From positions 1,888,001 to 1,952,000 of the forward strand of contig CP068257.2 in NCBI GenBank assembly GCA_009914755.4: a stretch of 64,000 nucleotides of DNA, in the 5' to 3' direction. Below, one piece after another: positions 63,841-64,000 of the stretch (the first letter of the stretch is position 1; every line of letters begins with the position of its first letter). Under the pieces are notes generated by a model, which saw only the letters and a list, made by a program, of their open reading frames with translations, did no database searches and was not told where the DNA came from. Source of the DNA: the human T2T-CHM13v2.0 reference genome, Homo sapiens. The translations under genes were made by a program, and so were the position numbers.

Positions 63841-64000
63841 CCAAACTATAAATTATATACTGTACATAAAATATGAACTTACATCAAATACATATTATAT
63901 TAGGTACATAAAATATGAAAGTACATCAAATATAGATTATATACTGTACATAATATATCAGAGTACCCCAAATATATATTATATACTGTACATGAAATAT

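Larger units (their letters stand above)
1..64000. repeat. Continuous tandem satellite array, ~42-bp AT-rich monomer, all copies in the same orientation; the array runs off both ends of the window
   Basis: Direct reading: every ~42 bp the motif (c)tgtacataaaatat[c/g]aaagtac... recurs; roughly 1500 monomers; no non-repeat sequence found anywhere; TGTACA at nearly every monomer junction. Confidence 0.95.

Noticed and set aside
1-64000. CRISPR array (regular ~42-bp direct repeats)
   Set aside because: There are no unique spacers; the entire unit repeats. Repeats are immediately adjacent and organised into higher-order units. The content is extreme AT with no cas genes or leader. This is eukaryotic-style satellite DNA, not a repeat-spacer array.
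1-64000. Telomere-like TTAGG motif in monomer 1 (atatattaggtac)
   Set aside because: It occurs once per ~375-bp HOR as part of a longer conserved monomer and is never tandemly iterated. It is not a telomeric tract.
1-64000. Transposable-element insertions, tRNA or rRNA genes, or GC-rich islands interrupting the array
   Set aside because: Reading through the window I found no segment longer than about 50 bp that departs from the monomer family. The 63.3-kb variant is still recognisably related. There are no TIRs, LTRs, poly-A tails or target-site duplications.
1-64000. Inverted repeats or a palindromic centre, as found in some centromeres or amplified loci
   Set aside because: All monomers share one orientation throughout. 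The only palindromes are short ones intrinsic to the monomer (TGTACA, GTAC, TATATA).

Overview
The whole 64-kb window is one uninterrupted, head-to-tail tandem satellite DNA array. It is very AT-rich (roughly 22-28% GC by eye). On the + strand A exceeds T and C exceeds G. I see no protein-coding genes, RNA genes, mobile elements, CRISPR arrays or unique sequence anywhere in it.

The array is built in nested tiers:
- The basic monomer is about 42 bp. A representative copy is tgtacataaaatatcaaagtacccaaggtatatattctatac. Almost every monomer starts with the palindrome TGTACA, and most carry a second GTAC about 18 bp downstream.
- Nine diagnostic monomer variants occur in a fixed order and form a higher-order repeat (HOR) of about 373-378 bp.
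- Two HOR versions alternate. The alpha unit is 378 bp. The beta unit is 373 bp; it has a 5-bp deletion in monomer 1 and a TATC>TAAC change in monomer 9. Together they give a dimer of about 748-751 bp.
- Above this sit superunits of about 3.0-4.9 kb. On top of these are several near-identical multi-kb segmental duplications with offsets of 3336, 2628, 4012, 3383, 4507, 6850, 3803, 10653 and 3757 bp.

From position 1 to about 55.15 kb the array is extremely homogeneous. From about 55.15 kb to the window end the same satellite continues with the ~375-bp HOR periodicity, but the monomers are visibly more diverged. The beta variant and the regular in-frame stops are lost, minus-strand reading frames open up, and a distinct ~210-bp sub-variant appears at 63.33-63.84 kb.

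All the long ORFs in the six-frame track are artefacts. The 42-bp period is a multiple of 3, so a frame stays open across the repeats. The translations are Y/I/K-rich and periodic every 14 aa, they read identically in every copy, and they always end at the same beta-unit TAA. I do not consider any of them a gene.

I find no evidence of a novel protein-based system. The interesting biology here is the nested HOR architecture, the very recent segmental amplifications, and a sharp boundary between the homogenised and diverged parts of the array. That picture is typical of centromeric or pericentromeric satellite, but it is unproven here.
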